Shown: positions 29,421-43,113, numbered from the stretch's first letter. The stretch is 64,000 bases of DNA from Eledone cirrhosa (GCA_964016885.1 CAXHJY010000656.1:1-64000), one strand, 5' to 3'. Numbers and translations: made by a program. The notes: a model not told the origin generated them from the letters alone.

Positions 29421-30149
29421 GCATAGAGAGCACACTAGGATAAATGTTTGCTAATTAATCTTTCTGTGGACTGATAATGAGGGATTAACTTGACCAAGTT
29501 TCAGTCCTAGTATTCTTTCTCTGCCTGTGGAAGGATACGCAACTAATAGTAAGTTATAACCACCGAATCGGATGGCCACGCTAAACCAATAAATCTGATT
29601 TTCATAAACAGTTCTATAATGATGTGTGTATGTGTCAGTGTATGTATGTGTTTAATACAGTATTGGTTAAAACAAATCCAATATTAAGTTAACTCTTGTT
29701 ACAATATTACTAATAAAAGACTGTTTCAAATAATTGGAAAATAATCAAGAATTTTGAAGTATTTAGCAATATAACATACTTTCTCAATATTTGTTTAGAA
29801 TGTAACTTAACTAAGGTTTTTATATTATATGATGGAAAGTTAAATAAATATATGAATGTGTCATAGAATTGGAGCTTATTTCAGGTGGTGCTGTATCAAA
29901 AGGTTTAAAATGTTAACTTAACCAAGCTAATCAATGAAATAACTACTGGGATTGCAATGAATGATGCATAACCTTTAACGGCGATGCTCCAGTATGGCCG
30001 TGGTCCATTGTTTAACAGCAGTGAACAAATATTAGTGCATGTGTTTGTATGCATGTATGTATTGGTGCATGTATATTGCTGTGGTCTATTAGTATGTGTG
30101 TGTTGTATATAGATTGGTGTGGCCTTATTAGTGTGTCTGTATGTACTTG

Positions 30150-30525
30150 TGTATGTGGTGGTAGTGAGGATGATGGTGGTGTTATTGATAGTGTTGATGA
30201 TAAAGAGCTAAGGTAGTGGTATGTGGTTAGTAAAATGAAGTTTGACCACAATAGTGGTGGTGGTGGGTATGATGATGGGATCAAGGTGGTTATGGTGGTG
30301 ATAATGATGGGGACCAGGGAGATGGGGGTGAATATAGTGGTGGTGGTGTTGATGGGATCAATGTGGTGGTGGTAATGGTAATAGTGATGATGGTGCTGGT
30401 GGTGTTAATGATGATAGTGAGGATGATTATTGTGGTGCTATATGCTGAAATATGTGGTAAGTAAACTGAAGCTTAGTGATGCTAGAGGTGGTTATGGTGA
30501 TGGTAGGGATGGTGATGATGATGAT
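30150..30525. repeat. Degenerate (GGT)n/(GAT)n low-complexity region
   Basis: Directly visible. Confidence 0.8.
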
Positions 30526-30639
30526 ATACAATGAAATGCTATAGTGAAGTGTGTTTGGTTGATTCACAACACAGTAGGTGTTGGAAAACATCTGAAAAAT
30601 TGATGGGGGTGGCAGGCAATTATTCAAAACCCAAGATTA

Positions 30640-33600
30640 GGTCTTAGTTGTGATGGTTACCTAGAGATTGTGATATAGTAGGACTATGGTCTTAGTTGTG
30701 ATGGTTACCTAGAGATTGTGATATAGTAGGACTATGGTCTTAGTTGTGATGGTTACCTAGAGATTGTGATATAGTAGGACTATGGTCTTAGTTGTGATGG
30801 TTACCTAGAGATTGTGATATAGTAGGACTAGGGTCTTAGTTGTGATGGTTATTTAGAGATTGTGATAGAGTAGGACTAGGGTCTTAGTTGTGATGGTTAT
30901 CTAGAGATTGTGATATAGTAGGACTAGGGTCTTAGTTGTGATGGTTACCTAGAGATTGTGATATAGTAGGACTATGGTCTTAGTTGTGATGGTTACCTAG
31001 AGATTGTGATAGAGTAGGACTAGGGTCTTAGTTGTGATGGTTATCTAGAGATTGTGATATAGTAGGACTAGGGTCTTAGTTGTGATGGTTACCTAGAGAT
31101 TGTGATATAGTAGGACTATGGTCTTAGTTGTGATGGTTACCTAGAGATTGTGATATAGTAGGACTAGGGTCTTAGTTGTGATGGTTACTTAGATATTGTG
31201 ATATAGTAGGACTAGGGTCTTAGTTGTGATGGTTACTTAGAGATTGTGATATAGTAGGACTAGGGTCTTAGTTGTGATGGTTACTTAGAGATTGTGATAT
31301 AGTAGGACTAGGGTCTTAGTTGTGATGGTTATCTAGAGATTGTGATATAGTAGGACTAGGGTCTTAGTTGTGATGGTTATCTAGAGATTGTGATATAGTA
31401 GGACTATGGTCTTAGTTGTGATGGTTACCTAGAGATTGTGATATAGTAGGACTATGGTCTTAGTTGTGATGGTTACCTAGAGATTGTGATATAGTAGGAC
31501 TAGGGTCTTAGTTGTGATGGTTATCTAGAGATTGTGATATAGTAGGACTATGGTCTTAGTTGTGATGGTTACCTAGAGATTGTGATATAGTAGGACTAGG
31601 GTCTTAGTTGTGATGGTTATTTAGAGATTGTGATATAGTAGGACTAGGGTCTTAGTTGTGATGGTTATTTAGAGATTGTGATATAGTAGGACTAGGGTCT
31701 TAGTTGTGATGGTTATTTAGAGATTGTAATATAGTAGGACTAGGGTCTTAGTTGTGATGGTTACCTAGAGATTGTGATATAGTAGGACTATGGTCTTAGT
31801 TGTGATGGTTACCTAGAGATTGTGATATAGTAGGACTATGGTCTTAGTTGTGATGGTTACCTAGAGATTGTGATAGAGTAGGACTAGGGTCTTAGTTGTG
31901 ATGGTTATCTAGAGATTGTGATATAGTAGGACTATGGTCTTAGTTGTGATGGTTACCTAGAGATTGTGATATAGTAGGACTAGGGTCTTAGTTGTGATGG
32001 TTATTTAGAGATTGTGATATAGTTGGACTAGGGTCTTAGTTGTGATGGTTACTTAGAGATTGTGATATAGTAGGACTAGGGTCTTAGTTGTGATGGTTAC
32101 TTAGAGATTGTGATATAGTAGGACTAGGGTCTTAGTTGTGATGGTTACCTAGAGATTGTGATATAGTAGGACTAGGGTCTTAGTTGTGATGGTTACCTAG
32201 AGATTGTGATATAGTAGGACTAGGGTCTTAGTTGTGATGGTTACCTAGAGATTGTGATATAGTAGGACTAGGGTCTTAGTTGTGATGGTTACTTAGAGAT
32301 TGTGATATAGTAGGACTAGGGTCTTAGTTGTGATGGTTACCTAGAGATTGTGATATAGTAGGACTAGGGTCTTAGTTGTGATGGTTACTTAGAGATTGTG
32401 ATATAGTAGGACTAGGGTCTTAGTTGTGATGGTTACCTAGAAATTGTGATATAGTAGGACTAGGGTCTTAGTTGTGATGGTTACCTAGAGATTGTGATAT
32501 AGTAGCACTAGGGTCTTAGATGTGATGGTTATTTAGAGATTGTGATATAGTAGGACTAGGGTCTTAGTTGTGATGGTTACCTAGAGATTGTGATATAGTA
32601 GGACTAGGGTCTTAGTTGTGATGGTTATTTAGAGATTGTGATATAGTAGGACTAGGGTCTTAGTTGTGATGGTTACCTAGAGATTGTGATATAGTAGGAC
32701 TATGGTCTTAGTTGTGATGGTTACCTAGAGATTGTGATATAGTAGGACTATGGTCTTAGTTGTGATGGTTATTTAGAGATTGTGATATAGTAGGACTAGG
32801 GTCTTAGTTGTGATGGTTATTTAGAGATTGTGATATAGTAGGACTAGGGTCTTAGTTGTGATGGTTATTTAGAGATTGTGATATAGTAGGACTATGGTCT
32901 TAGTTGTGATGGTTACCTAGAGATTGTGATATAGTAGGACTAGGGTCTTAGTCGTGATGGTTACCTAGAGATTGTGATATAGTAGGACTAGGGTCTTAGT
33001 TGTGATGGTTACCTAGAGATTGTGATATAGTAGGACTAGGGTCTTAGTTGTGATGGTTATTTAGAGATTGTGATATAGTAGGACTAGGGTCTTAGTTGTG
33101 ATGGTTACCTAGAGATTGTGATAGAGTAGGACTAGGGTCTTAGTTGTGATGGTTATCTAGAGATTGTGATATAGTAGGACTAGGGTCTTAGTTGTGATGG
33201 TTACCTAGAGATTGTGATATAGTAGGACTAGGGTCTTAGTTGTGATGGTTATTTAGAGATTGTGATATAGTAGGACTAGGGTCTTAGTTGTGATGGTTAT
33301 TTAGAGATTGTGATATAGTAGGACTATGGTCTTAGTTGTGATTGTTACCTAGAGATTGTGATATAGTAGGACTAGGATCTTAGTCGTGATGGTTACCTAG
33401 AGATTGTGATATAGTAGGACTAGGGTCTTAGTTGTGATGGTTACCTAGAGATTGTGATATAGTAGGACTAGGGTCTTAGTTGTGATGGTTATTTAGAGAT
33501 TGTGATATAGTAGGGCTAGGGTCTTAGTTGTGATGGTTATTTAGAGATTGTGATATAGTAGGACTAGGGTCTTAGTTGTGATGGTTACCTGGAGATTGTG

Positions 33601-36600
33601 ATAGAGTAGGACTAGGGTCCTAGTTGTGATGGTTATCTAGAGATTGTGATATAGTAGACTAAGGTCTTAGTTGTGATGGTTACCTAGAGATTGTGATATA
33701 GTAGGACTAGGGTCTTAGTTGTGATGGTTATTTAGAGATTGTGATATAGTAGGACTAGGGTCTTAGTTGTGATGGTTATTTAGAGATTGTGATATAGTAG
33801 GACTAGGGTCTTAGTTGTGATGGTTATTTAGAGATTGTGATATAGTAGGACTATGGTCTTAGTTGTGATGGTTACCTAGAGATTGTGATATAGTAGGACT
33901 AGGGTCTTAGTTGTGATGGTTACCTAGAGATTGTGATATAGTAGGACTAGGGTCTTAGTTGTGATGGTTATTTAGAGATTGTGATATAGTAGGACTAGGG
34001 TCTTAGTTGTGATGGTTATTTAGAGATTGTGATATAGTAGGACTAGGGTCTTAGTTGTGATGGTTATTTAGAGATTGTGATATAGTAGGACTAGGGTCTT
34101 AGTCGTGATGGTTACCTAGAGATTGTGATATAGTAGGACTAGGGTCTTAGTTGTGATGGTTACCTAGAGATTGTGATATAGTAGGACTAGGGTCTTAGTT
34201 GTGATGGTTATTTAGAGATTGTGATATAGTAGGACTAGGGTCTTAGTTGTGATGGTTATTTAGAGATTGTGATATAGTAGGACTAGGGTCTTAGTTGTGA
34301 TGGTTACCTAGAGATTGTGATAGAGTAGGACTAGGGTCTTAGTTGTGATGGTTATCTAGAGATTGTGATATAGTAGGACTAGGGTCTTAGTTGTGATGGT
34401 TACCTAGAGATTGTGATATAGTAGGACTAGGGTCTTAGTTGTGATGGTTATTTAGAGATTGTGATATAGTAGGACTAGGGTCTTAGTTGTGATGGTTATT
34501 TAGAGATTGTGATATAGTAGGACTATGGTCTTAGTTGTGATGGTTACCTAGAGATTGTGATATAGTAGGACTAGGGTCTTAGTTGTGATGGTTACCTAGA
34601 GATTGTGATATAGTAGGACTAGGGTCTTAGTTGTGATGGTTATTTAGAGATTGTGATATAGTAGGACTAGGGTCTTAGTTGTGATGGTTATTTAGAGATT
34701 GTGATATAGTAGGACTAGGGTCTTAGTTGTGATGGTTATTTAGAGATTGTGATATAGTAGGACTAGGGTCTTAGTTGTGATGGTTATTTAGAGATTGTGA
34801 TATAGTAGGACTAGGGTCTTAGTCGTGATGGTTACCTAGAGATTGTGATATAGTAGGACTAGGGTCTTAGTTGTGATGGTTACCTAGAGATTGTGATATA
34901 GTAGGACTAGGGTCTTAGTTGTGATGGTTATTTAGAGATTGTGATATAGTAGGACTAGGGTCTTAGTTGTGATGGTTATTTAGAGATTGTGATATAGTAG
35001 GACTAGGGTCTTAGTTGTGATGGTTACCTAGAGATTGTGATAGAGTAGGACTAGGGTCTTAGTTGTGATGGTTATCTAGAGATTGTGATATAGTAGGACT
35101 AGGGTCTTAGTTGTGATGGTTACCTAGAGATTGTGATATAGTAGGACTAGGGTCTTAGTTGTGATGGTTATTTAGAGATTGTGATATAGTAGGACTAGGG
35201 TCTTAGTTGTGATGGTTATTTAGAGATTGTGATATAGTAGGACTATGGTCTTAGTTGTGATGGTTACCTAGAGATTGTGATATAGTAGGACTAGGGTCTT
35301 AGTTGTGATGGTTACCTAGAGATTGTGATATAGTAGGACTAGGGTCTTAGTTGTGATGGTTATTTAGAGATTGTGATATAGTAGGACTAGGGTCTTAGTT
35401 GTGATGGTTATTTAGAGATTGTGATATAGTAGGACTAGGGTCTTAGTTGTGATAGTTATTTAGAGATTGTGATATAGTAGGACTATGGTCTTAGTTGTGA
35501 TTGTTACCTAGAGATTGTGATATAGTAGGACTAGGGTCTTAGTTGTGATGGTTACCTAGAGATTGTGATATAGTAGGACTAGGGTCTTAGTTGTGATGGT
35601 TATTTAGAGATTGTGATATAGTAGGACTAGGGTCTTAGTTGTGATGGTTATTTAGAGATTGTGATATAGTAGGACTAGGGTCTTAGTTGTGATGGTTATT
35701 TAGAGATTGTGATATAGTAGGACTATGGTCTTAGTTGTGATTGTTACCTAGAGATTGTGATATAGTAGGACTAGGATCTTAGTCGTGATGGTTACCTAGA
35801 GATTGTGATATATTAGGACTAGGGTCTTAGTTGTGATGGTTACCTAGAGATTGTGATATAGTAGGACTAGGGTCTTAGTTGTGATGGTTATTTAGAGATT
35901 GTGATATAGTAGGGCTAGGGTCTTAGTTGTGATGGTTATTTAGAGATTGTGATATAGTAGGACTAGGGTCTTAGTTGTGATGGTTACCTAGAGATTGTGA
36001 TAGAGTAGGACTAGGGTCTTAGTTGTGATGGTTATCTAGAGATTGTGATATAGTAGGACTAGGGTCTTAGTTGTGATGGTTACCTAGAGATTGTGATATA
36101 GTAGGACTAGGGTCTTAGTTGTGATGGTTATTTAGAGATTGTGATATAGTAGGACTAGGGTCTTAGTTGTGATGGTTATTTAGAGATTGTGATATAGTAG
36201 GACTATGGTCTTAGTTGTGATGGTTACCTAGAGATTGTGATATAGTAGGACTAGGGTCTTAGTTGTGATGGTTACCTAGAGATTGTGATATAGTAGGACT
36301 AGGGTCTTAGTTGTGATGGTTATTTAGAGATTGTGATATAGTAGGACTAGGGTCTTAGTTGTGATGGTTATTTAGAGATTGTGATATAGTAGGACTAGGG
36401 TCTTAGTTGTGATAGTTATTTAGAGATTGTGATATAGTAGGACTATGGTCTTAGTTGTGATTGTTACCTAGAGATTGTGATATAGTAGGACTAGGGTCTT
36501 AGTTGTGATGGTTACCTAGAGATTGTGATATAGTAGGACTAGGGTCTTAGTTGTGATGGTTATTTAGAGATTGTGATATAGTAGGACTAGGGTCTTAGTT

Positions 36601-37819
36601 GTGATGGTTATTTAGAGATTGTGATATAGTAGGACTAGGGTCTTAGTTGTGATGGTTATTTAGAGATTGTGATATAGTAGGACTATGGTCTTAGTTGTGA
36701 TTGTTACCTAGAGATTGTGATATAGTAGGACTAGGATCTTAGTCGTGATGGTTACCTAGAGATTGTGATATAGTAGGACTAGGGTCTTAGTTGTGATGGT
36801 TACCTAGAGATTGTGATATAGTAGGACTAGGGTCTTAGTTGTGATGGTTATTTAGAGATTGTGATATAGTCGGGCTAGGGTCTTAGTTGTGATGGTTATT
36901 TAGAGATTGTGATATAGTAGGACTAGGGTCTTAGTTGTGATGGTTACCTAGAGATTGTGATAGAGTAGGACTAGGGTCTTAGTTGTGATGGTTATCTAGA
37001 GATTGTGATATAGTAGGACTAGGGTCTTAGTTGTGATGGTTACCTAGAGATTGTGATATAGTAGGACTAGGGTCTTAGTTGTGATGGTTATTTAGAGATT
37101 GTGATATAGTAGGACTAGGGTCTTAGTTGTGATGGTTATTTAGAGATTGTGATATAGTAGGACTATGGTCTTAGTTGTGATGGTTACCTAGAGATTGTGA
37201 TATAGTAGGACTAGGGTCTTAGTTGTGATGGTTACCTAGAGATTGTGATATAGTAGGACTAGGGTCTTAGTTGTGATGGTTATTTAGAGATTGTGATATA
37301 GTAGGACTAGGGTCTTAGTTGTGATGGTTATTTAGAGATTGTGATATAGTAGGACTAGGGTCTTAGTTGTGATAGTTATTTAGAGATTGTGATATAGTAG
37401 GACTATGGTCTTAGTTGTGATTGTTACCTAGAGATTGTGATATAGTAGGACTAGGGTCTTAGTTGTGATGGTTACCTAGAGATTGTGATATAGTAGGACT
37501 AGGGTCTTAGTTGTGATGGTTATTTAGAGATTGTGATATAGTAGGACTAGGGTCTTAGTTGTGATGGTTATTTAGAGATTGTGATATAGTAGGACTAGGG
37601 TCTTAGTTGTGATGGTTATTTAGAGATTGTGATATAGTAGGACTAGGGTCTTAGTTGTGATGGTTATTTAGAGATTGTGATATAGTAGGACTATGGTCTT
37701 AGTTGTGATTGTTACCTAGAGATTGTGATATAGTAGGACTAGGGTCTTAGTCGTGATGGTTACCTAGAGATTGTGATATAGTAGGACTAGGGTCTTAGTT
37801 GTGATGGTTATCTAGAGAT
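30640..37819. repeat. 48-bp tandem satellite, about 150 copies
   Basis: Consensus GGTCTTAGTTGTGATGGTTA(CC/TT)TAGAGATTGTGATATAGTAGGACTA(G/T); period 48 (30641, 30689, ...); one 1-nt deletion near 33657; no ORF of 60 aa or more in the ORF track. Confidence 0.98.
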
Positions 37820-37887
37820 AGATAATACTTGAAATCTAATCCTCTCTGAGTCATGCTAATCTTTTTTTGTATTTATTTTTATGAAGA

Positions 37888-38110
37888 CATGCAGCCAAGT
37901 GGTTAGGATGTTGAGCCTGCTATTGTAATGTTGTGGGTTTCATTCCTGGATCAGATGGATCATTATATTTTTGAGCAAAACACTTAATTTCATATTGCTC
38001 CAGTTAACTCTGGTTTAATTTCCAGGTACTGCTGGTATTTATTTTCAACTGTGATGGATTAGCATCTCGTCCAAGGGATACTTTTACTCTCAGCTACTTA
38101 ATTAGGATAA
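37888..38110 (+). mobile_element. SINE family 2 (old)
   Basis: tRNA-like head GCCAAGTGGTTAGG..GGGTTTCATTCC then TTGAGCAAAACACTT..TTGCTCCAG; matches 26615-26830. Confidence 0.6.
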
Positions 38111-38571
38111 AGTCTGGCCCAATGATCCTCCAGGCTTTGAACATACTATTGTATTCTTTATCTACATCAAGAGATGAGCCTCTTTAATGTTAGGTTCACT
38201 CTACACAATTATTCATATTATACATTGTATCTGTCTATCTTCACCTGTCTTTCTCTGTTTTTCTTTATTTATCCACCATTGACTACAGGGTAAAGCTGAA
38301 GCTACTCTCTCTTTTCTACTGGGCTCTCTGCCATGTTTGGGCCCATAGACAACAGCAGGTAGGTCTACTGCACTAGCATCGTCACAGTATGCTGCTATAC
38401 AGCTTTGGTATAAACACTGCTGCCCATCTCTTAAATTCACCTCTGCTTGGTCATGCACTCTGCCACCCATATAGTGAACCTATCAGTGATACAGTCATGC
38501 CAGAACCTTTCTTTGAATGGCACAAATGGCAGACAGTTCAAATTGGATTGGTGCGATTACATTATATCTCC

Positions 38572-38748
38572 AGGCGGTGGATTGGTTGAGGGTCGGACAT
38601 GCTTTCCAGCATAGTTTCGTCCCTTTACGATCTGAGTTCAAATCTCGCCACGGTTAACTTTGCCTTTCATCCTTACGAGGTCGATAAAATAAAGTACCAG
38701 TAATGTACTGGGTAATTGCTGGCCTTGTGCCAAAAGTAGAAACAATTA
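38572..38748 (+). mobile_element. SINE family 1, near full length
   Basis: GGCGGTGGATTGG head, GAGTTCAAATC B box, core and GTAGAAACAATT end. Confidence 0.88.
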
Positions 38749-39363
38749 TATCTCCAGCTAATATTTGGTCCTCACATATATGGTGTCTGCCATTGGAGTC
38801 ATGAGTGGCTGACATCTGTGTCAGATGTTTGTGGTCACTAAACATGGCTGGCTTCTGTTTGTGATGTTATGGATTCACTGGTTGAAACCAGCTCAACCCA
38901 TCCTGGGTAAACACTGACAGAAATACAAGTGAAACCTCTTCATTATCCACATCAGTATAAAGCAGCTGCTTTCTCTATTCTACAGGGCTCTCTGCCATGT
39001 TTGGCTCGATATGCAACAACAGGTAGGTCTACTGCACTAGCATCATTGCTGTACTCTGCTATACAGCTTCAATATAAACATGGCTCCTCTTCTCTTAAAT
39101 CCACTTCTCTGCTTACCCTACCTCTTCAATGTACAACCAAGCAACAATCACACCCTCTTGTGGGTCAGGTTTTTCTTATCAGAAATCCTTTTTCTCCCTC
39201 TCCTTGGTATCAAATGTGGGTTTAATCTCTTTATTTGGCATCAGATACTGCACTCAACCTATGCATCACATTAGCTGTGCATCTCAGACACTACATAACA
39301 CTAACATGTAACTGATGCACCACACATGTACATACAGGTTCATACTCAAACGTCTGCACACAA

Positions 39364-40176
39364 ACACCATGGTCACCCGGATAGTAAACCAAGTCATACA
39401 GAATGGGGTTGTTCCGAAGGACTGGCGTAGCAGCATCATCATTAACTGCTACAAGGGTAAAGGAGATGCCCTAGATAGGAGTAACTATAGAGGCATTAAA
39501 TTAATCGATCAGGTCATGAAGGTCACAGAAAAAGTAATAGCGCAACTAATCAGAGAGAGAATTGATCTAGATGAAATGCAGTTCGGGTTTGTGTCAGGCA
39601 AAAGTACCACAGACGCTCTTTTCATTGTACGACAACTACAGGAGAAGTACCTAGCTAAAAGTAAACCCCTATACTTAGCTTTTGTCGACTTGGAGAAAGC
39701 CTTCGACAGTCCCCTGTTCCATTATATGGTGGGGTCTTAGAAAACTAAGTGTTGATGAATGGCTTGTGAGAGCTATACAAACCATGTATAAAGAAACAGT
39801 CAGCAAGGTTAGAATTAACAACGAATATAGTGAAGAGTTTAGCGTAAAAGTTGGTGTTCATCAGGGCTCCGTTCTTAGCCCCCTACTATCTATTATCGCC
39901 CTTCAGGCTATAACAGTGGAGTTCAAGACCGGCTGCCCATGGGAACTCCTATACGCAGATGATCTAACGCTCATAGCTGAATCAATGGCTGAACTAGAGA
40001 AGAAATTCCAAACATGGAAGCATGGCCTAGCATTAAAAGGCCTTTAAGCTAACTTGTCTAAGACTAAAGTTCTAGTTTGTAGGAAGGAAAATAGGGCACC
40101 GCTCCCATCTGGGAAATGGCCATGCTCAGTGTGTAGGAAAGGAGTAGGTAGAAACTCCATTTTATGTCCCAAATGC
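39364..40176 (+). mobile_element. RTE LINE family A internal RT fragment (frameshifted)
   Basis: [31 protein letters not shown], then WPCSVC..ILCPKC where it breaks. Confidence 0.92.
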
Positions 40177-40543
40177 CGGGGGTGTATTTTGTTAGAGGTG
40201 CCTACTGACTGTAGTAGGTTTCACTTTGTACTTAGGTAAGGCGGGTCTTCTCTATTACTGTGTAGCGCCAAAGCTCTCGGTCCAGTGACATTGTCTTGGA
40301 GAGGTGTAAGTGTGTGAGGTCGGAATTTATCAAGTCGTTCCAGGTTTTTCTGGGTCTGCCTACTCCGTGGCTACCGTCTATTTTTATTGCCCTGCACTTT
40401 TTTATACAGCTGTTGTCTTTCATGCGCATCATGTGACCATACCAACGTAGCCTTCTCTCGAGTAAACAACATCTGATCCCTCTTATTTCTAATTTTTCCC
40501 TTAGTTCGTTTATGCTTTGCCGTTCACGGCAAAGCATAAACGA
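40177..40543 (-). mobile_element. RTE LINE family A C-terminal fragment in inverted orientation
   Basis: [28 protein letters not shown] plus proximal 3' UTR; ends in an 18-bp fold-back. Confidence 0.9.
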
Positions 40544-40879
40544 TTGTTTTTTTAAAATATTTAATGTTTATTTATTATTCTTTTTATATTTATTATAAGT
40601 TGGTGTATCTGGTTTAAAATGTCTGTTATGCTAGAAAGGGGATGAGATAGAGAGATCAGTGGTGGTCCTGTGTCTTTAAGGAAAGAAGATGGTAAGTGTT
40701 TGAGAAAGAAAGAGGGAGGAATTGCTTTTGCAAAAAATATTCTTTATCCTCAAATTATGAATAAAATATTCCATTTTAGTAGTTTCAGCCATTTGTTAAA
40801 TTTATTTGACTTACTTTGTTGTATATATGTAATCAATTATTATATATATTGTGTGTGTATTTAAATTCAAGATTTTCTG

Positions 40880-41450
40880 GGTGGGTAGCAGTGACTGTTA
40901 AAGATGTAGGAATACTACTAGCAAAGAAATGAGTGGATAAGGTAATTGAGGTAGTCAGCATATGTAATAGGATGATTAAGATTACACAAGTAACACTTAG
41001 GCAACACAAAAGCTACTATAACCTCTGCATATACACCACATGCTGGACTTGCATATTAGACTCCTTCAATTACAGTAACCTTATTATTGTGGCTGGTGAC
41101 TTCAATGGCCATGTTGGGAAACATCATTAGGGCTTTCCTTTTGTGCATGAAAGCTATGGAGAGAGAAGGTCAAGTCTTCTGTGATGCTTTTGACTTAACC
41201 ATTTGTACCACAAATTTCAAGAAAGCAGCCAGCCATGTAATTATTTACCAATTGGGTAGGGTGGGGTGAGAGACACAAGTCACATAGACTTCATTCTCAT
41301 TAGGAAACTAGATTGGCAAATGGTTGTAAATGCCAAGTCCTTCCCTGGTGAAGAATGTACAAATTAGTTATCAGTAACCTTAAAGTAAGGGCCACACCAA
41401 CTCTGAGGCAAAATTAGATCTGGTGAAGGAAGATATGGAAGCTGAAGGAA
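40880..41450 (+). pseudogene. Ancient RTE-type endonuclease remnant
   Basis: Fragmented VGILLAK.WVDKVIEV..CNRMI, IIVAGDFNGHVG, LTICTTNFKK, HIDFIL motifs with stops and frameshifts. Confidence 0.7.
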
Positions 41451-41634
41451 CTTTTCATATAACTAGGACCCCTGTCCTTAAAATGCCCAAGAAACCTCCT
41501 GTAAGAGTGAGCTGTAACAAAAATGTGTGGTTCTGCTTTAGCCTGCCTTTCTTCATTATAACACAAGAGTTTAGAAAATGAATTCCTTGCCTTGAATACT
41601 TTATATGCTGATGAGCTGCTTCGTTTTCACTATT

Positions 41635-41880
41635 TTATATCTTTTTCATGCTTGCATGGGTTAGATGGGTTGTCACATTGCGACTAGACAAGTCAGATGA
41701 CTGGTTTGTTCATACAGCTGGACACCCTTCTTAATGCCAATCACTTCATGGTGTGAACAAGGTTTGTTTTCTTGTGGAACCACCAATACCACTTTTTAGT
41801 GTAGGCTAGGTGCTTTTATCATGATATCAGCACAACACTTTACAGTGTGGGCTGGGTATATTTCATTGCAGCATCAGTGT
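41635..41880 (-). mobile_element. Old RTE 3'-UTR remnant
   Basis: CATGCTTGCATGGGTTAGATGGG, CAGCTGGACACCCTTC, CACTTTACAGTGTGGGCTGGGT resemble family A/B 3' UTRs. Confidence 0.6.
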
Positions 41881-42104
41881 CACTGCTTGTAGACTGCACT
41901 GGTGCATTCTCATACAATCATGAGCGAAACATCCTAACCACTTGGCTACACAAAATTACATTGAAAATCATAGATAGTGTCTTTCATTAGAAATATAGTA
42001 ACAAAAGGGATAAACAAAGTGTGAATACTAATAGAAAGGACACAATGAAAGGAATCCACATTTTGTTTCAATGTAACATGTATTACTCATTAAATACACA
42101 TAAC

Positions 42105-42153
<49 letters not shown>

Positions 42154-42209
42154 CATGCATCTAGTCAATGTCAGTATATAAAATGTGTTTTCTCCCAATG
42201 TTCTTTCAG

Positions 42210-42369
42210 AACCAGAGAACTCATTCTCACGCAAACATCCTGTGTGTTGTTGGTTATCCTGTATGCTGACCTGTTTTGCTGGTAGTATTCTTGCTAACTT
42301 GTTACTTGGAGAAGCCGCCTTGATACCATTTAAAAACCACACAGATATTCTCACAGCTACAGCAGTATG
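42210..42369 (+). CDS. TMEM38: Internal exon of trimeric intracellular cation channel (TRIC/TMEM38 family) gene
   Basis: Peptide PENSFSRKHPVCCWLSCMLTCFAGSILANLLLGEAALIPFKNHTDILTATAVW matches the TRIC segment (RKHP..W...ML.CFAG.IL...LLGE...F.N..DILLAT.VW); acceptor TTCTTTCAG ending at 42209, donor TG|GTAATT; phase 1 to phase 2. Confidence 0.87.
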
Positions 42370-42437
42370 GTAATTTTTGTCTCTTTTTCAGCATCATCTA
42401 GAGTAAGAGAGCAGTTGTTTAAATATTAGATCTTTAT

Positions 42438-42503
42438 TGTGTGTGTATGTATGTATATGTATATATCATCATCACCATATATGTTTGTATATATGTATGT
42501 ATG

Positions 42504-42535
<32 letters not shown>

Positions 42536-42603
42536 TATCATCATCACCATATATATTTGTATATATATATGTATATATATATATGTATGTATATATATGT
42601 ATT

Positions 42604-42650
<47 letters not shown>

Positions 42651-42651
42651 T

Positions 42652-42698
<47 letters not shown>

Positions 42699-42729
42699 TT
42701 ATATATGTATGTATATATATATATGTATA

Positions 42730-42777
<48 letters not shown>

Positions 42778-43025
42778 CATATATATATGTATGTATATAT
42801 ATATATATATATATCACCATATATGTATGTATATATATATATATATATATCACCATATATGTATGTATATATATATATATATATATCACCATATATGTAT
42901 GTATATATATATATATATATATATATCACCATATATGTATGTATATATATATATATATATATATATCACCATATATGTATGTATATATATATATCACCAT
43001 ATATGTATATATATATATATCACCA

Positions 43026-43069
<44 letters not shown>

Positions 43070-43071
43070 CA

Positions 43072-43113
<42 letters not shown>

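Noticed and set aside
30640-37819. CRISPR array or repetitive protein-coding region (48 bp = 16 codons)
   Set aside because: No unique spacers, no cas genes, eukaryotic context, and no ORF of 60 aa or more in any frame.
40650-40697. Possible upstream TMEM38 mini-exon ending ..SLRKED G|GTAAGT (phase 1, compatible with the 42210 exon)
   Set aside because: Good donor but no pyrimidine-rich acceptor, an in-frame TGA just upstream and no TRIC motif; unsupported without RNA-seq.
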